Source: the human T2T-CHM13v2.0 reference genome, Homo sapiens. Taken from it: a stretch of DNA of 64,000 nt. The DNA is taken from assembly GCF_009914755.1 (NCBI RefSeq), contig NC_060933.1; one strand, 5' to 3'. The notes under the pieces were generated by a model. It did no database searches and was not told the DNA's origin. It saw only the letters and a program-made list of their open reading frames with translations. The translations under genes were made by a program, and so were the position numbers. Shown here in pieces: positions 27,370 to 42,622 of this stretch (the first letter of the stretch is position 1; the number at the start of each line of letters is the position of its first letter).

Positions 27370-28415
27370 CAGGGGTCCCCAATGCCCAGGCTGTGGACAT
27401 GTATCAATCTGTGGCCTATTAGGAACCAGGCCACACAGCAGAAGGTGAGTGGCAGGTAAGTGAGCATTACTGCCTGAGCTCTGCCTCCTGTCAGATAAGT
27501 GGAGGCATTAGATTCTCACTGGAGTACAAACCCTATTGTGAACTGTGCATGTGAGGGATCTAGGTTGCACACTCCTTATGAGAAAGTAACTGATAATCTG
27601 ATGCAGAACAGTTTTATCCAGAAACCACCCCTCCATCCTACCATCTGTGGAACAACTATCTTCCATGAAACTGCTTGCTGGTGTGTCTGGAATTTATTCA
27701 TTCCAGTGGGTTCTTGGTCTCGCTGACTTCAAGAATGAAGCCGCGGACCTTCATGGTGAGTGTTACAGCTCTTAAAGATGGTATGTGTGGAGTTTGTTCC
27801 TTCAGATGTTCAGATGTGTCCAGAGTTTCTTCCTTCTGGTGGATTCATGGTCTCACTGACTTCAGGAGTGAAGCCACAGACCTTCGCAGTGAGTGTTACA
27901 GTTTTTAAAGGTGGCACGTCCAGAGTTGTTTGTTCCTCCCAGTGGGTTCGTGGTCTCGCTGACTTCAGGAATGAAGCCGCAGACCCTCGCGGTGAGTGTT
28001 ACAGCTCATAAAGGTAGTGCAGACCCAAAGAGTGAGCAGCAGCAATATTTATTGTGAAGAGTGGAAGAACAAAGCTTCCACAGTGTGGAAGGGGACCTGA
28101 GAGGGTTGCTGCTGCTGGCTGGGGTGGCCAGCTTTTATTCCTTTATTTGTCCCCGCCCATATCCTGCTGATTGGTCCATTTTACAGAGTGCTGATTGGTG
28201 CATTTACAATTCTTTATCCAGACACAGAGTGTTGATTGGTGTGTTTTTACAGAGTGCTGATTGGTGCATTTACAATCCTTTAGCTAGACACAGAGTGCTG
28301 ATTGGTGCGTTTACAATCCTCTAGCCAGACAGAAATGTTCTCCAAGTCCTCACTCAACCCAGAAAGTCCAGCTGGCTTCACCTCTCACTGGTACCAAAAA
28401 GAATGGGGACCACTG
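27370..28415 (+). mobile_element. MER1B (hAT-Charlie) split by LTR12
   Basis: TIRs CAGGGGTCCCCA / TGGGGACCACTG. 8-bp TSD (A/G)TTTAGAC at 27362-27369 and 28416-28423. Confidence 0.9.
27682..28387 (-). mobile_element. LTR12 (ERV9) solo LTR
   Basis: TG...CA ends and 4-bp TSD CTGG (27678-27681 / 28388-28391). Repeated CTGATTGGT (CCAAT) units and GTGAGTGTTACAGCTC repeats. Confidence 0.93.
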
Positions 28416-29576
28416 GTTTAGACCATTTACATTCAAAGTTAGTATTAATGTGCAAGATTTTGAACCAGTCACCATCTTGTTAGCTGGTTGTTTTATAGAC
28501 TTGATTGTGCAGTCTCTTTATATTTTTTCTGTACTATGTGCTTAAGGATGCTTCTGGGGTAGCAGGTATCAGTTCTTTGTGTCCATATTTAATATTCCCT
28601 TAAGGACTTCTTGTTTGGAATTTCTTTCCTTTGAGGATGTTGAATATAGGCACTGTATACTGGCAGAATATTTGTTGTAATGTAATTTGGGCTGCAGTCT
28701 AGTAGATGGTGCTTAAGAGTGATGGCCAGCAGATAGGCTCATTCTCAGGCATGCAACTCTTGGCTGAGAATTTCAGAATATTCACAGTAGTATTCTGTAA
28801 TGGGAGGGAGAGAGATGATCCCCCTCACCAGGTCTACTCCACGACCTAGGGGAAGCCCCCTCCAATCACTGGTGCTGTAGCTGCATTTCCTTTGTTAGGT
28901 GCTCTGGGCCATAGGACCCTCTCAGACAGAAACTGCAGCTGGCAGACAGGGCACACCTTTCCCAGACCAGCCCTTCAGCATGAGTGCCAACGAACTTGGA
29001 TGTCTCACTCTTCTCAGTGTTCTGGGAGTTGGAGCTCCTCTCTTGCTTGGGTGCTGCCCAAGCCAGTGAGCCTTGCCTAGCTACGAGTAGTGAGGGTGAG
29101 TGGAGCGGCACTAACTGCTCTCCTGGTGTTTCCTGGGAGAATACAGAACTTTGCCAACCCACAGAGTTTAGGCAGGGATAGGGCTGCTCCACTGGATGCC
29201 CAAGCCAATGAGTGTCTCCTGGCTAGGAGCAGTGAAGGTAGGTAGAGTTGTATGGTCTGTCATCCAAGTGTTTCCCAGGGGAACATAGAGCTGTGTCCCT
29301 CAGCAGAGTCCAGGTGGGGCCAGGGCCAGTGCCCTGAAGTCCAAGACAGCAAGTCTGAACTGTTAAGCAGCATCAAGCATGGTCCAACATCTGGATGTTT
29401 CCCAGGGGAACACAGAGCTGTGTCCCCCAGCAGAATTCAGGAAGGGGTGAGGCTGCTGTTCTGGAAGCCAAAGTCTATGGGTCCCACCCAGCTAGCAGCA
29501 GCAAGATTAGGTGGAGTTGACCAGTCTGCTGCCTGGGTGTTTCCCAAGGACAGAGTTGTGATTGCTGGCAGAGTTC

Positions 29577-29630
29577 AGAGGCTGGAGCCACTGCTCTGGA
29601 AGTAGAGGCTGGAGCCACTGCTCTGGAAGT
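29577..29630. repeat. Perfect 27-bp tandem duplication in the L1 5'UTR
   Basis: AGAGGCTGGAGCCACTGCTCTGGAAGT x2. Confidence 0.95.
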
Positions 29631-30157
29631 AGAAGCTGAGCCTTGTCTGGCAAGGAGGAGTGGAGTAGTCTGACTGCTTCCCCAACACCACAACTATGGC
29701 CTCTATTGGTGCCTTGGCAGCTAGTGCAAGGCTGCTTCAGGGTAATAGAAACTGTGGGGCTCCCTGGGGGCCCTGAGTAATACTTCTGCAAAAACTCCCA
29801 GTGGCTCTCACTATCAGTCTAGAGGCCTCTTGGGGGTTGTGGGGGTCAGAGGTGGTTCTCTCCCATTCTGAGGATTGCACAGGTCTTTGTGGGAAGTGTA
29901 GATTCCACAGGGCTCTTACTCTCTCACCCTTCCTTCATGTTAGAGAGGTTCTTCTGGCTCTGCACCAGGCCTGTGCAGACAGCTGACTAGATTTGCTATT
30001 CTATGTTCTCCATGTGTCTTCTTTCTCCCTTGATAAAATCTAATGTGGTTCCTTAAACAATACACTTGAAGAGTCAGTATTCTCTTGCCATTTTATTTCC
30101 TCTTTATGACTGTGGCACCCACTAGCTTGTTCTATTCAGCCATCTTGAACTCAACCG

Positions 30158-31421
30158 AGATTTGTGTATGTTGAACCAACTTTGCATTCCATGAATAAAG
30201 CTTACCTTATCATGACAAACATTTTGATATGCTGTTGGATTTGGTTTACTAGTATTGTGTTGATAATTTTTGTATCTATTTTCATCAGAAATATTGACCC
30301 GTAGTTTTCATTTTTCACCAGAATTTTTTTATTTTTCACCAGTGTCTTTACTAGATTTTAGTATCAGGGTAATGCTGAATTTATAGATAGAGTTAGGGAA
30401 GAGTCCTTCCTTCTTGATTTTTTGTAATAATTTCAGTAGAAATTGTACCAGCTCATCTTCGTATGTCTGTTAGAATTTGGCTGTGAATCCATCTGGTCCT
30501 GGGCTTTTTTGTTGGTAGATTTTATATTACTAATTCAATATCAGAACATGATATTGGTCTGTTCAGGGTTTCAATTTCTTCCTGATTCAATCTCGGGAGA
30601 TTGTATGTTTCCAGGAATTTATCTATTTCCTGTGTATTTTCTAGTTCTTAGCATAGAAATGTTCATAACAGTCTCTGAGGATCTTTTATATTTAATGGGA
30701 TTGGTTGTAATGTCAACTTTGTCATTTCTTATTGTGATTTTTTGGATCTTCTCTCTTTTTCTTTGTTAATCTAGCTAGTGTTCCGTTGATCTTGTTTATC
30801 TTTTCAAATAACCAACTTTTGGTTTTGTTGATTCTTTATATGGATTTTGGGGTCTCAATTCATTCCATTCAGCTCTGATTTTAGTTATTTTTTTTTTCTG
30901 CTGGCTTTGGGGTTAGTTTTTTCTTGTTTTTCTAGTTCCTCTAGTTGTGGTATTAGATTGTTAATTTGAGATCATTGTAACATTCTGAGGTAGGCATTTA
31001 GCAACATTTTAAACTTTCCTCTAACACTACTTTGCTGATTCCCAGAAATTTTCGTATCTTCTGTCTTCATTTTCATTTTTTTCAAATAATTTTTAAATTT
31101 CTGACTTTATTTCATTGTTTACCCAAAAGTCTTTCAGGAGCAAGTTGTTTAATTTCTATGTAATTGATGAGTTTTAAGAGATCTTCTTGATATAAATTTC
31201 TAGTTTAAGTTTTGTCTGAGAGTGGGGCTGCTATAATTTAAATCTTTGTATTTATTGAGACTTGCTTCATGTCTGAGCATGTAGTTGATCTTGAAGTATG
31301 TTTTACATACAGATAAAAAGAATGTATATTCTGTGGTTGATGAATGGAGTATTCTGTAGGTATTAGGTTTAATTGTTCAAGTATCAAATTTAACTCCAGA
31401 ATTTGTCAGTTTTCTGCCTCT
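30158..31421 (-). mobile_element. Separate L1PA/PB ORF2 internal fragment
   Basis: Homologous to the ORF2 region at ~25675-26940 of the neighbouring L1. No 3'UTR or poly(A) attached. Confidence 0.8.
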
Positions 31422-32569
31422 GACTTACATTTTAACTTATACATTTTCTGTGGCTTTGTGATTTTCACTGGTATTTTATCAAAGTATTTTTTGGTATAAA
31501 TGAATTTTGTATTTTCTAAAATTATATATGGAAGCAGGTATGTGAAAAATTCAAATATATAAATCATAGTTATTATGCAAACACTTTATTCTTAACAAAA
31601 TATAACTGCCAGAGAGGAGATACAAAGTAATTATTGTGGAAAACAGTGACTATGTTTGTTGAACATTTAAAATAGCCTTTTATCGTAAGAAAATAAATCT
31701 GTGAAAGATCCTAAACATAGAATAAACTAACATAATCTGAAGTTTTATGAGGATATCAGGGGGCTACTGCAAATATCCTTTAAAAGCATATATACTTATG
31801 GATGGGTTACTAACAGTATTTTAAGTTCTAGCACATATGCATGGTCATGAGTATGTATATCTGTGTGTGTTCATGTGTGTATGTTAAAGCCAAAGGAAAA
31901 TACATTTGTAGCAAGAACTTTTACTTTTACCTTAAGAATATTCAAAAGAGTTACTTAAATACTTGTGAAAATTAGGGGCACTGATTCCTTGACCAAATTG
32001 ATTAGAAATAGTGAATTATTTGGGAATAAAATTATGCTTTTTCTCTTTATTTTTTCTTTATTTTTCTATTTAAATGGTACTAATGTCTTGAATTTCCTAG
32101 GTTTGATGAAACAGTTGCTATTGTTGCATCCATTTGTAACATATAATTTGATATTTTATTACGTTAGATGTCATTGTAATTATTTGTGACATTTTATAAA
32201 TTAGTCATTTTTAAAAAAATTAAACAGGCTATTTTAAAATTATTTTTAAACAAAAAGTGTTTTATTATTTGAAGTCAGAGGAATTTCTGAAGCCAAAATG
32301 GCTATAGGTAATATTTGATTTCTATTTTAATACACCGTTTATATACATAAGGCAAAAATTAGAGACCACTTGATTCTCAAATTAAGCAATAATAATATAA
32401 TCCTGCTGTTTAACGAGGCAATAATCTAATTTCAAGCAAGACAAATTATAAAGTAAAATGCAAATAAACCCATGGTGCAAATAAAATACCATGAAAACAT
32501 TTTCCCTATTATGTTATGAGTAATTTAAATAAAACCACCCTATTCAAATAATGAAAAACATCATGTTTT

Positions 32570-33490
32570 CCTTTTTTGCTATTATTATTATTATTATTAT
32601 TTTCTTTAACTTTTATTTAAGTTCAGGAGTACATGTACAGGATGTGCAGTTTTATTACATAGGTAAACATATGCCATGGTGGTTTGCTGCACAGATCATC
32701 CCATTACCTAAGTATTAAGCCCAGTATCCATTCGCTATTCCTCTTTATGCTCTCCCTCCCACCATGACCCCACTCTGACAAGCTCCAGTGTATGTTGTTC
32801 TCCCCCATGCGTCCATATGTTCTCATCATTCAGCTTCCACTTACAGGTGAGAACATGTGGTGTTTGGTTTTCTGTTCCTGTGTTAGTTTGCTGAAGATAA
32901 TGAATTCCAACTCCATCCATGTCCCTCAAAAGGACATGATCTCATTCATTTTAATGGCCACATAGTATTTCATCATGTATATGTACCACATTTTCTTTAT
33001 CCAGTCTATTCTTGATGGACATTGAGGTCGATTCCATGTCTTTGCTATTGTGAATACTGCTGCAATAAACATACGTGTGCATGTGTCTTTATAATAAAAT
33101 AATTTATATTCTTTTGGGTTTATACCCAGTAATGTGATTGCTGGATCAAATGGTATTTCTGCTTCTTGGTCTTTCAGAAATCATAACACTGTCTTCCAAA
33201 ATAGTTGAACTAATTTACACTCCCACCAATGGTATAAATGAGTTCCTTTTTCTCCACAACCTCACTAGCATCTGGGTTTTTTTGACTTTTTATTAATAAT
33301 GATAGCCATTCTGACTGGCATGAGATGGTATCTCATTGTAGTTTTGATTTGAATTTATCTAATGATCAGTGAGGTTGAGCTTTTTTTCCTTTTAAGCTTC
33401 AAGTAAAGTAAGTTCTTGTTGGCCACATACATGTTTTCTTTTGAGAAGCGTCTGTTGATATCCTTTGCCCACTTTTTATTGGGGTATTTT
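32570..33490 (-). mobile_element. 5'-truncated L1PA (approx. PA8-PA11) with (TTA)n tail
   Basis: TTAAGTTCAGGAGTACATGTACAGGATGTGCAG...GGTGGTTTGCTGCAC 3'UTR, then the ORF2 end. Confidence 0.9.
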
Positions 33491-33774
33491 GTGAAAAACA
33501 CTATATTTTCCAAGAGCAAAAAATCAGCTAATATTTTCAAGTGCATATTTATCAATAAAAATATAATAAAGAAAATAAATAGAAAGAACTTCTAGTTACA
33601 TGTGTCATTTTTATCAATAGTTTAAGTTGCTATGAACTTCAGCTACGATACCCTTAATTCTGCAGCATTCCCTAATATGTGTGAGATCTAAGCCACTATG
33701 ACCTTAAACAACTAATCCTTTTAGAAATCTTTACTAAATTATTTCTATGGTAACAGGAATTGTTAGTACGATAG

Positions 33775-33938
33775 TTAGCTTTGGAAGGTGGGATCTGAGT
33801 GAAAAGGGGCAGGAGAGAACTTTGGGTTGGGTTGGAAATTTTCAATATCTTGACTAGAGTGATGGTTACATAGATAAATGCATTTGGGGAAACTGCATTT
33901 CACCATATGTCAGTTTGATCTTAATATAAAAAAAAAAG
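33775..33938 (+). mobile_element. Old L1ME/MC 3'-end fragment
   Basis: AAGGGGCAGGAGAGAACTTTGGG...ATATCTTGA...GATGGTTACATAG followed by an A tail. Confidence 0.6.
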
Positions 33939-34182
33939 TGAAGAAAAAAATACACTCCCTTCACACATGCTTCCCCTCCACTCTGCCCAGTCCCATGAGC
34001 GCCACTGCTCCTTATAATTCACATGACTTTATAGGTTTATTTTTCCCAAAGCCTCAAACATCTTTCAGGAAATAACTCACATAATATCTAGTGTAAAAAT
34101 ATTTCTGAAAAAGGGCTCAAAATCAATCTGCCATGCAGAGTTTGGGCACAAATTTCACGCTACACTTTCCATTGTTTATATA

Positions 34183-34350
34183 TATTTTTTAATTGTGGTA
34201 AAAAAGGCATAAGGTTAAATTTATGGTCAAGCATTTTTATGTGTACATTTGAGCAGTGCTAAGTATATTCACATTGCTGTGAATCTTCTAGAACTCTTTT
34301 ATCTTGCAAAACTAAAATTCTATACTTATTAAGCACTAATTTTTATCTCC
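34183..34350 (-). mobile_element. L1MB-type 3'-end fragment
   Basis: TTTTTAATTGTGGTAAAA...AAGTATATTCACATTG...TCTTGCAAAACTAAAATTCT. Confidence 0.7.
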
Positions 34351-35420
34351 TTTACACTTACTGTTTTTGCTAACAATAAAAGTAAATTTGATTATTTTAG
34401 AGAAAATGTATAATAAAAGCCTAAAATCCCTACCCATGTCTTAATTTTTAGTATAGCTCATAAGAATATCAGCAATCTAATATTTTTACATCAAAAAATT
34501 TATTTAATTTTATTATTAAAACACATTTCCCATGTTGTTATTTTTATATTTTTTCTTACCTTTTTTCTTTTTTTTAAAGACTGAGATGCTAAGTTTGCCT
34601 TAATCCATATGACTCTTTAGAGTATTGTAAGTTCTATTAACATACATATCTAAAATCTCAACATTTACATTATCTTTAGAAGTCCACACAGACAACCCCT
34701 GAAAATTTCCTAGTTCTTAGCAACTTGGCTGATAAACTGTGGTTGATTTTGTTCAACTTTAGCTGTTAGCACAGTAGCAGCTACCCATCTGCTATCCCTC
34801 AGCCCTGTGGTAGGCAGCTACGCATGTGTTTCTGGAAAAGTTTGTACACAGCTTGTGAGAGGTAAGATGGGCTAAAAAGACTGTCTTCAAATATTACAGA
34901 TTTATTCTCTGATCACTAATTGCTTCTTCTGATCACAGAAGCGCAGAAAAAGAGTTGACAGTAATTGTTGTTGCACTTTACTCCATTGTTCTAAACCCTT
35001 TTCCATCTGGTTAAAGTTATTTCCCAAGGATTTAAATGGCTGGCACCTTTTCTTCCCATTTTTATGTTTTCCTTCTTCCTCATTTGGGAACTAGATATCG
35101 AAGACTATAATATTTAACAGCAATCATACATACAAGGGAAGGGGGATAGGAAAGTCACTGTGCATGCCAGAGAGAAGTCACAGACTCAGAAAAGACCTAA
35201 GAAGACTTTAAAGGTGTAACTCAGGCTGAACCTTGGCATAGAGGCAGTCTGTAATTAAAAAACAAAAAAACAAAAAACAAGAAAGATGGCAAACCCCAAT
35301 GAAGGGGAGAATCTGATTTTCAATGTTACATCTTTTTATTTGAATGTATAGTTTCAAGAAAATAAAAACACAAAGAAAGTATGGCCCATTCAAAAGAAAA
35401 AATAAGCCAACAGAAACTAA

Positions 35421-37790
<2,370 letters not shown>

Positions 37791-38467
37791 AAAACTTCTG
37801 ATGGCAGATCTACTAGCCAAGGTGTATAAAGCAACTGTCTTACAAAGGCTTAAAAACTAAAGAAAAACATTGAGAAGTCAAGCAAACAATGCATGAGATC
37901 AATGGAAATACAAAAAGATATGGGAAACCCCAGAAAACAACATAAATCAGTTCTGAAGCTTAAGAGTGCATTAACTGATAAGAAAACATTTCTTAAAGGG
38001 ATTCAAAGGCCAATTTAAGCAGGCAGAAGTAAGAATTAATAACCTGAACATAAGACAATGAAAAGCAATGAATCTGAGCAACGGAAAGGGAAAGGACTAA
38101 AGAAAAATAAACAGAACTGAAAAGATCGTGGAACACTCTCAATCATATCAACATATACATTGTGAGAGTACCAAAAAAAAGAAGAGAAAGAGAAGGGGAA
38201 AGATAATATTTGAATAAATAATAGACACAAACACTTCCCAAGTTTAATGAAAGACATGAATATAAACACCAAGAAGCTCAAGGAACTCTAACTAGGATGA
38301 CCTCTAAAAGACCCAAACTGAGACACATTATAATCAAACTGTCCAAAGCCAAAGACAAAGAAAGTAGTTTTAAAACACCAAGACAGAAAAAAATTTACAA
38401 AAAATTCCCATAAGATTATCAACAGATCACTTACTGGAAATTTAAAAGGTGAGAGGCAGTGTGCTAA

Positions 38468-38711
38468 TAAAGTCATCCCTCCATATATGCAGGGGATTTG
38501 TTCTGGAATCCTCACATCTACCAAAATTCAAACATACTAAAGTCTCACTGTTGTTCCTGCAAAATCTGCATATAAAAAATATGGCCCTTCATATATGCAG
38601 GAGTTGCATCATGAGAATACTGTATTTTTCAACCCATGTTTGGTTGATAAAAATTTGCGTATTAAGCAGACTTGTGCAGTTGAACCCATGTTCTTCATGG
38701 GTCAACTGTAT
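38468..38711 (-). mobile_element. MER8/Tigger2-derived MITE (TcMar)
   Basis: Minus strand starts TA|CAGTTGACCCATGAAGAACATGGGTTCAACTGC; ~240 bp. Confidence 0.75.
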
Positions 38712-39281
38712 ATTCAAAGTGCAAAAAGGAAAAATAAAACGTGTTAACCAGGTATCTTATATCTGGTAAAACTCTTTTTCAAAAGAGACAGAGAAATTAA
38801 GACATTTCGAGATAAACAAAAGCTCTAGGAGTTTGTTACCATTAGACCCATCCTGTAAGAAATGCTAGAAGTCCTGCAGGTTGGAATGACACCAGACAGA
38901 AGTTCAAGGCCAGCCATGTGAAGAAATAAAGATCTCAGTAATTGTAAATACATGAGTAATCAATTATAAAGCCAGTATTACTGTAACAAAGATAATATTA
39001 GCAAACTAGGTTATGTGTAACCTAACTTTTTGTCTTCTACATAATTTAAGAGACTAAAATCAACTAATCACCCAAAGTAAAGAGAAAAGGAGGAAATGAG
39101 GGACAGAAAACTATAAGACACATGGAAAAATCTATAAAATTACAGAAAAATGTATTGCATTATTAGTAATTACCTATATGTAAATGTACAAAACTTTCCA
39201 ATCCAAAGAGAAAAATTGGCAGAATGGGTAATATCCATGATCCAACAATATGCTCTCTATTAGAGACAAACTTTAGATTCA

Positions 39282-39634
39282 TGTATTTGTCAGCTTAACA
39301 CTGCAGATAAAAACATACCCAAGACTGGGCAATTTACAAAAGAAAGAGGTTTAATGGACACACAGTTCCATGTGGCTGGGTAGGCCTCACAATCATGATG
39401 GAAGGTAAAAGGCACATCTCACATGGTGGCAGACAAGAGAAGAGAACTTGTGCAGGGAAATTTCCCTTTATAAAACCATCAGGTCTTGTGAGACTTATTA
39501 CCTATCACAAGAGTAGCATGGGAAAGACCCAGCCCATAATTCAATTATCTCCCACCAGGTCCTTTCCCACGTGGAAAATATGGGAGCCACAATTCAAGGT
39601 GAGATTTAGTTGGAGACACAGCCAAACCATATCA
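39282..39634 (-). mobile_element. THE1B-like MaLR solo LTR
   Basis: TGTATT...AGCCAAACCATATCA; 5-bp TSD ATTCA / ACTCA. Confidence 0.9.
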
Positions 39635-42622
39635 ACTCAAATACATGAATAACTTAAAAGTGAAGTAATAGAAAATCGCATTTCATGAAAATTATATTAA
39701 AAGAAAGCAGGGGTATCTATACTATATTAGAAAAAATAGATATTGAATCAAAAAACCTTACAAAACACAAAGAAGATCATTATATATTATTAAATGGTTC
39801 AATACAGTAAGAAATATAATATATATAACATATAAGTGTTATAAATATTTACACACTTAATAACAGAATATCAAAACATATCTAGCCTAAATGAAAGGAA
39901 TTTAAGAGAGAGAGATAGTTCTACAATAACAGTTGGCAAACTCAATACACCACTCTCACAAATGAATAGAATAACCAGAAGAAGATAAGCATGAAAATAG
40001 AAGAACTTGAATGGCACAATAAACCAACTAGATCTAGCAGACATATACAAAACACTCTACCTAACAGTAAAAGAATACACATTTTTCTCAAATGCACATG
40101 GGGCATTTTCCAGGATAGACCACATTTTAAGCCACATACTAAGTCTCAATAGATTTTAAGTATCACTAGATTTAAAAGATAAATGTCATACAGAGTATCT
40201 TCTGTGATCACATAGATGAAATTAGAAATCAGTAACAGAAGAAAAAAAACTTTAAAAATATAAATTTATAGAAATTAAACAATACACTTTTTAAACAGTC
40301 TATAGATCAAAGAAAATAGCCACAAAGGAAATTAGAAAACACTTAGATATGATTGAAAATGAAGACACAATATAGCAAAATTTATATGATGCAAGGAAAG
40401 CAGTGCTAAGGAAAAAAATGTGAGCTTAAATGCTTATGTTATAAAATAAGAAAGATCCTAAGTTAACAATCTAATTTTACAAATTAAGAAACTAGAAAAT
40501 GAAGAACAAACTAAACTAAACTCAAAGCCAGTGGAAGAAAAAAATAATACAGATTAGAGTAGAGATAAATAAAATAGAAAAGTAATAGAAAAGGTTGTTG
40601 AAACCCAAATTTGGTTCTTTGAAAAGTTCTAAAAAACTGTCAAATATTTAGCAAGATGGACCAAGTTTCTAAAATCAGAAATGAAAGTGAGGACATTACT
40701 ACCAATTCTACAGAAGTGAAAATAACTATAGGATAGCACAATAAGCAGGTGCACTTGAAGAAATTAAACAATCTAAATAAAATGAACAACTTCTAGAAAC
40801 ACAAAATCTAAGTGAAATAACCTGTGAATAAATATAAAATCTGACTAGACCTGGAGCTAGTAAAACCACTGAATCAGAAAACAAGAATCTCCCAACAAAG
40901 AAAATCCCTGGACCTGATTGCTTCACTGGTGAATTCTGCCAATTATTTGGATAAAAATGAATACAAATCCTTAAAATTTTCAGAAATTAAATAGAAGAAA
41001 ACACTCCTTAATTAATTTTCTAAGGCCAATGTTATTCTGATAACAAAGCCAGACAAAGACACAAGTAAAGAAATCTGCAGAAAAATACCTCATAAATGTT
41101 GATGCAAAAATCTTCAAAAAATGCCAGTAAACCAAATTCAATATCAAAAGTGTTATATATAATGACCGAGAGGGATTTATTCTTCTAATGCAAGAATGGT
41201 TCAACCTACAAAAATTAATGAATATACACCATGTTAACAGGATGAATGGGGGAAAACATTATTATTGCAACTGATTCAGAAAAAGCATTTGACAAAATTC
41301 AATATAATTTAATGATAAAATACTCAGTAAAGGAGGAATGGAAGAAACTACCTTAGCTTAATAAAAGCCACAAGTAAAAGTGCTATGGTTAACTTCATAA
41401 ACAATGGTGAAAAAATAAAAGCTTCTCCTCTAAAATCAGGGATAAAGTGAGGATGCCCACTTTCACCACCTGTATTCAATAGAGTACTGGAAATTCTAGC
41501 AAGAGCCTTTAGAAAAGAAAAAGGAAGCAAATGCCATTAAAATTTGAAAGGAAGAAGTAAAATGATCTCTGTTTACAGATGATATGATCTTACATATGAT
41601 TAATCCACAAAGAAATATATGTAGAGATTCCACAAAAGAGGAAAAAAAACCTTGTAGAATTAATAAATGAATTCAGCAAAATAGCAGCATACAAAGTCAA
41701 CACACATAAATCAGTTGCATTTCTATACACTAATAATGAACAGTTCAAAAATAAAATTAACAAAACAATTTTATTTACAATAACCTCTCAAGCAATAACA
41801 TATTTAGGAATTAACTAACCATGTGAAAGGCTACAATGAAAACTACACAATGTTGCTGAAAGAAATTCACAAAGACATATATAAATAGAAATACACTCTC
41901 TTTTCATAAATTGGAAGACCTAATATTGTTAAGTTGGCAATACTACTCAAAGCAATCTGTAGATTAAATACAATCCCTATCAAACTCTCAATGTTATATT
42001 TTGCAGAAATAGAAAATTCCACCTTAAAATTAATATAGAATATTCAGGCACTGTGAACAGTCAAAACAATTCCGAAAAACGGGAACAAAGTTGTAGAACT
42101 CATACATTCCTAATTCAGAACTCACTATAAACCTATCATAATCAAGAGTGTGGTGCTGGCATAAAGATATGCCAGGTCTGACCCACAGACCCTGACTGAG
42201 CGATGGATGAAAAAATGTACTGAGACACAGTATCCAAGTGAAAGAGCAGACTAGGGAACTGGGCTGATAACAGAAAGAGTTGTAGCAGCCACGGCCTTGA
42301 CAAACTGGCACTGCAGGAATTTATTTAGTACAGATTTAATGACAAAGCCTTGAGTCAACACACTTGTGGGTAAAATTAACATAGTCTACCTCCCCACTGC
42401 ACACGGAGAGAGCAATCCTGTGCATGGACTATCAAAGTTTGGTCTTAGGACAACATGAGTAAAAAAGCTATTTAGATAAACTCCCTGACATTCCCTTGTT
42501 ATTTGCTTTTTGCTATTAGCTCAGGTAAGAGGATTAGGCTGCCTTCAGCCATAACCCTTTCCCAAAGCTTTAGCAAAACCTTCCTGCCTTCCAAGAATGT
42601 TTGCGTCTTCCTATAATTTTTC

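Larger units (their letters stand above)
16655..30152 (-). mobile_element. Near full-length old primate L1 (L1PA15/16 or L1PB-like), interrupted by an ERV block, MER1B and LTR12; most of ORF1 deleted
   Basis: 3'UTR at 16655-16858 resumes at 23678. ORF2 runs to ~27300 (EN-domain peptides IVGDFN, LDQLDLIKIYR). GC-richer 5'UTR at ~28650-30152 ends in GCCATCTTG, the YY1-like L1 5' terminus on the minus strand. Confidence 0.8.

Noticed and set aside
27720-28330. Regularly spaced repeats superficially like a CRISPR array
   Set aside because: These are the intrinsic U3/U5 tandem repeats of LTR12 in a eukaryotic genome, with no unique spacers and no cas genes.
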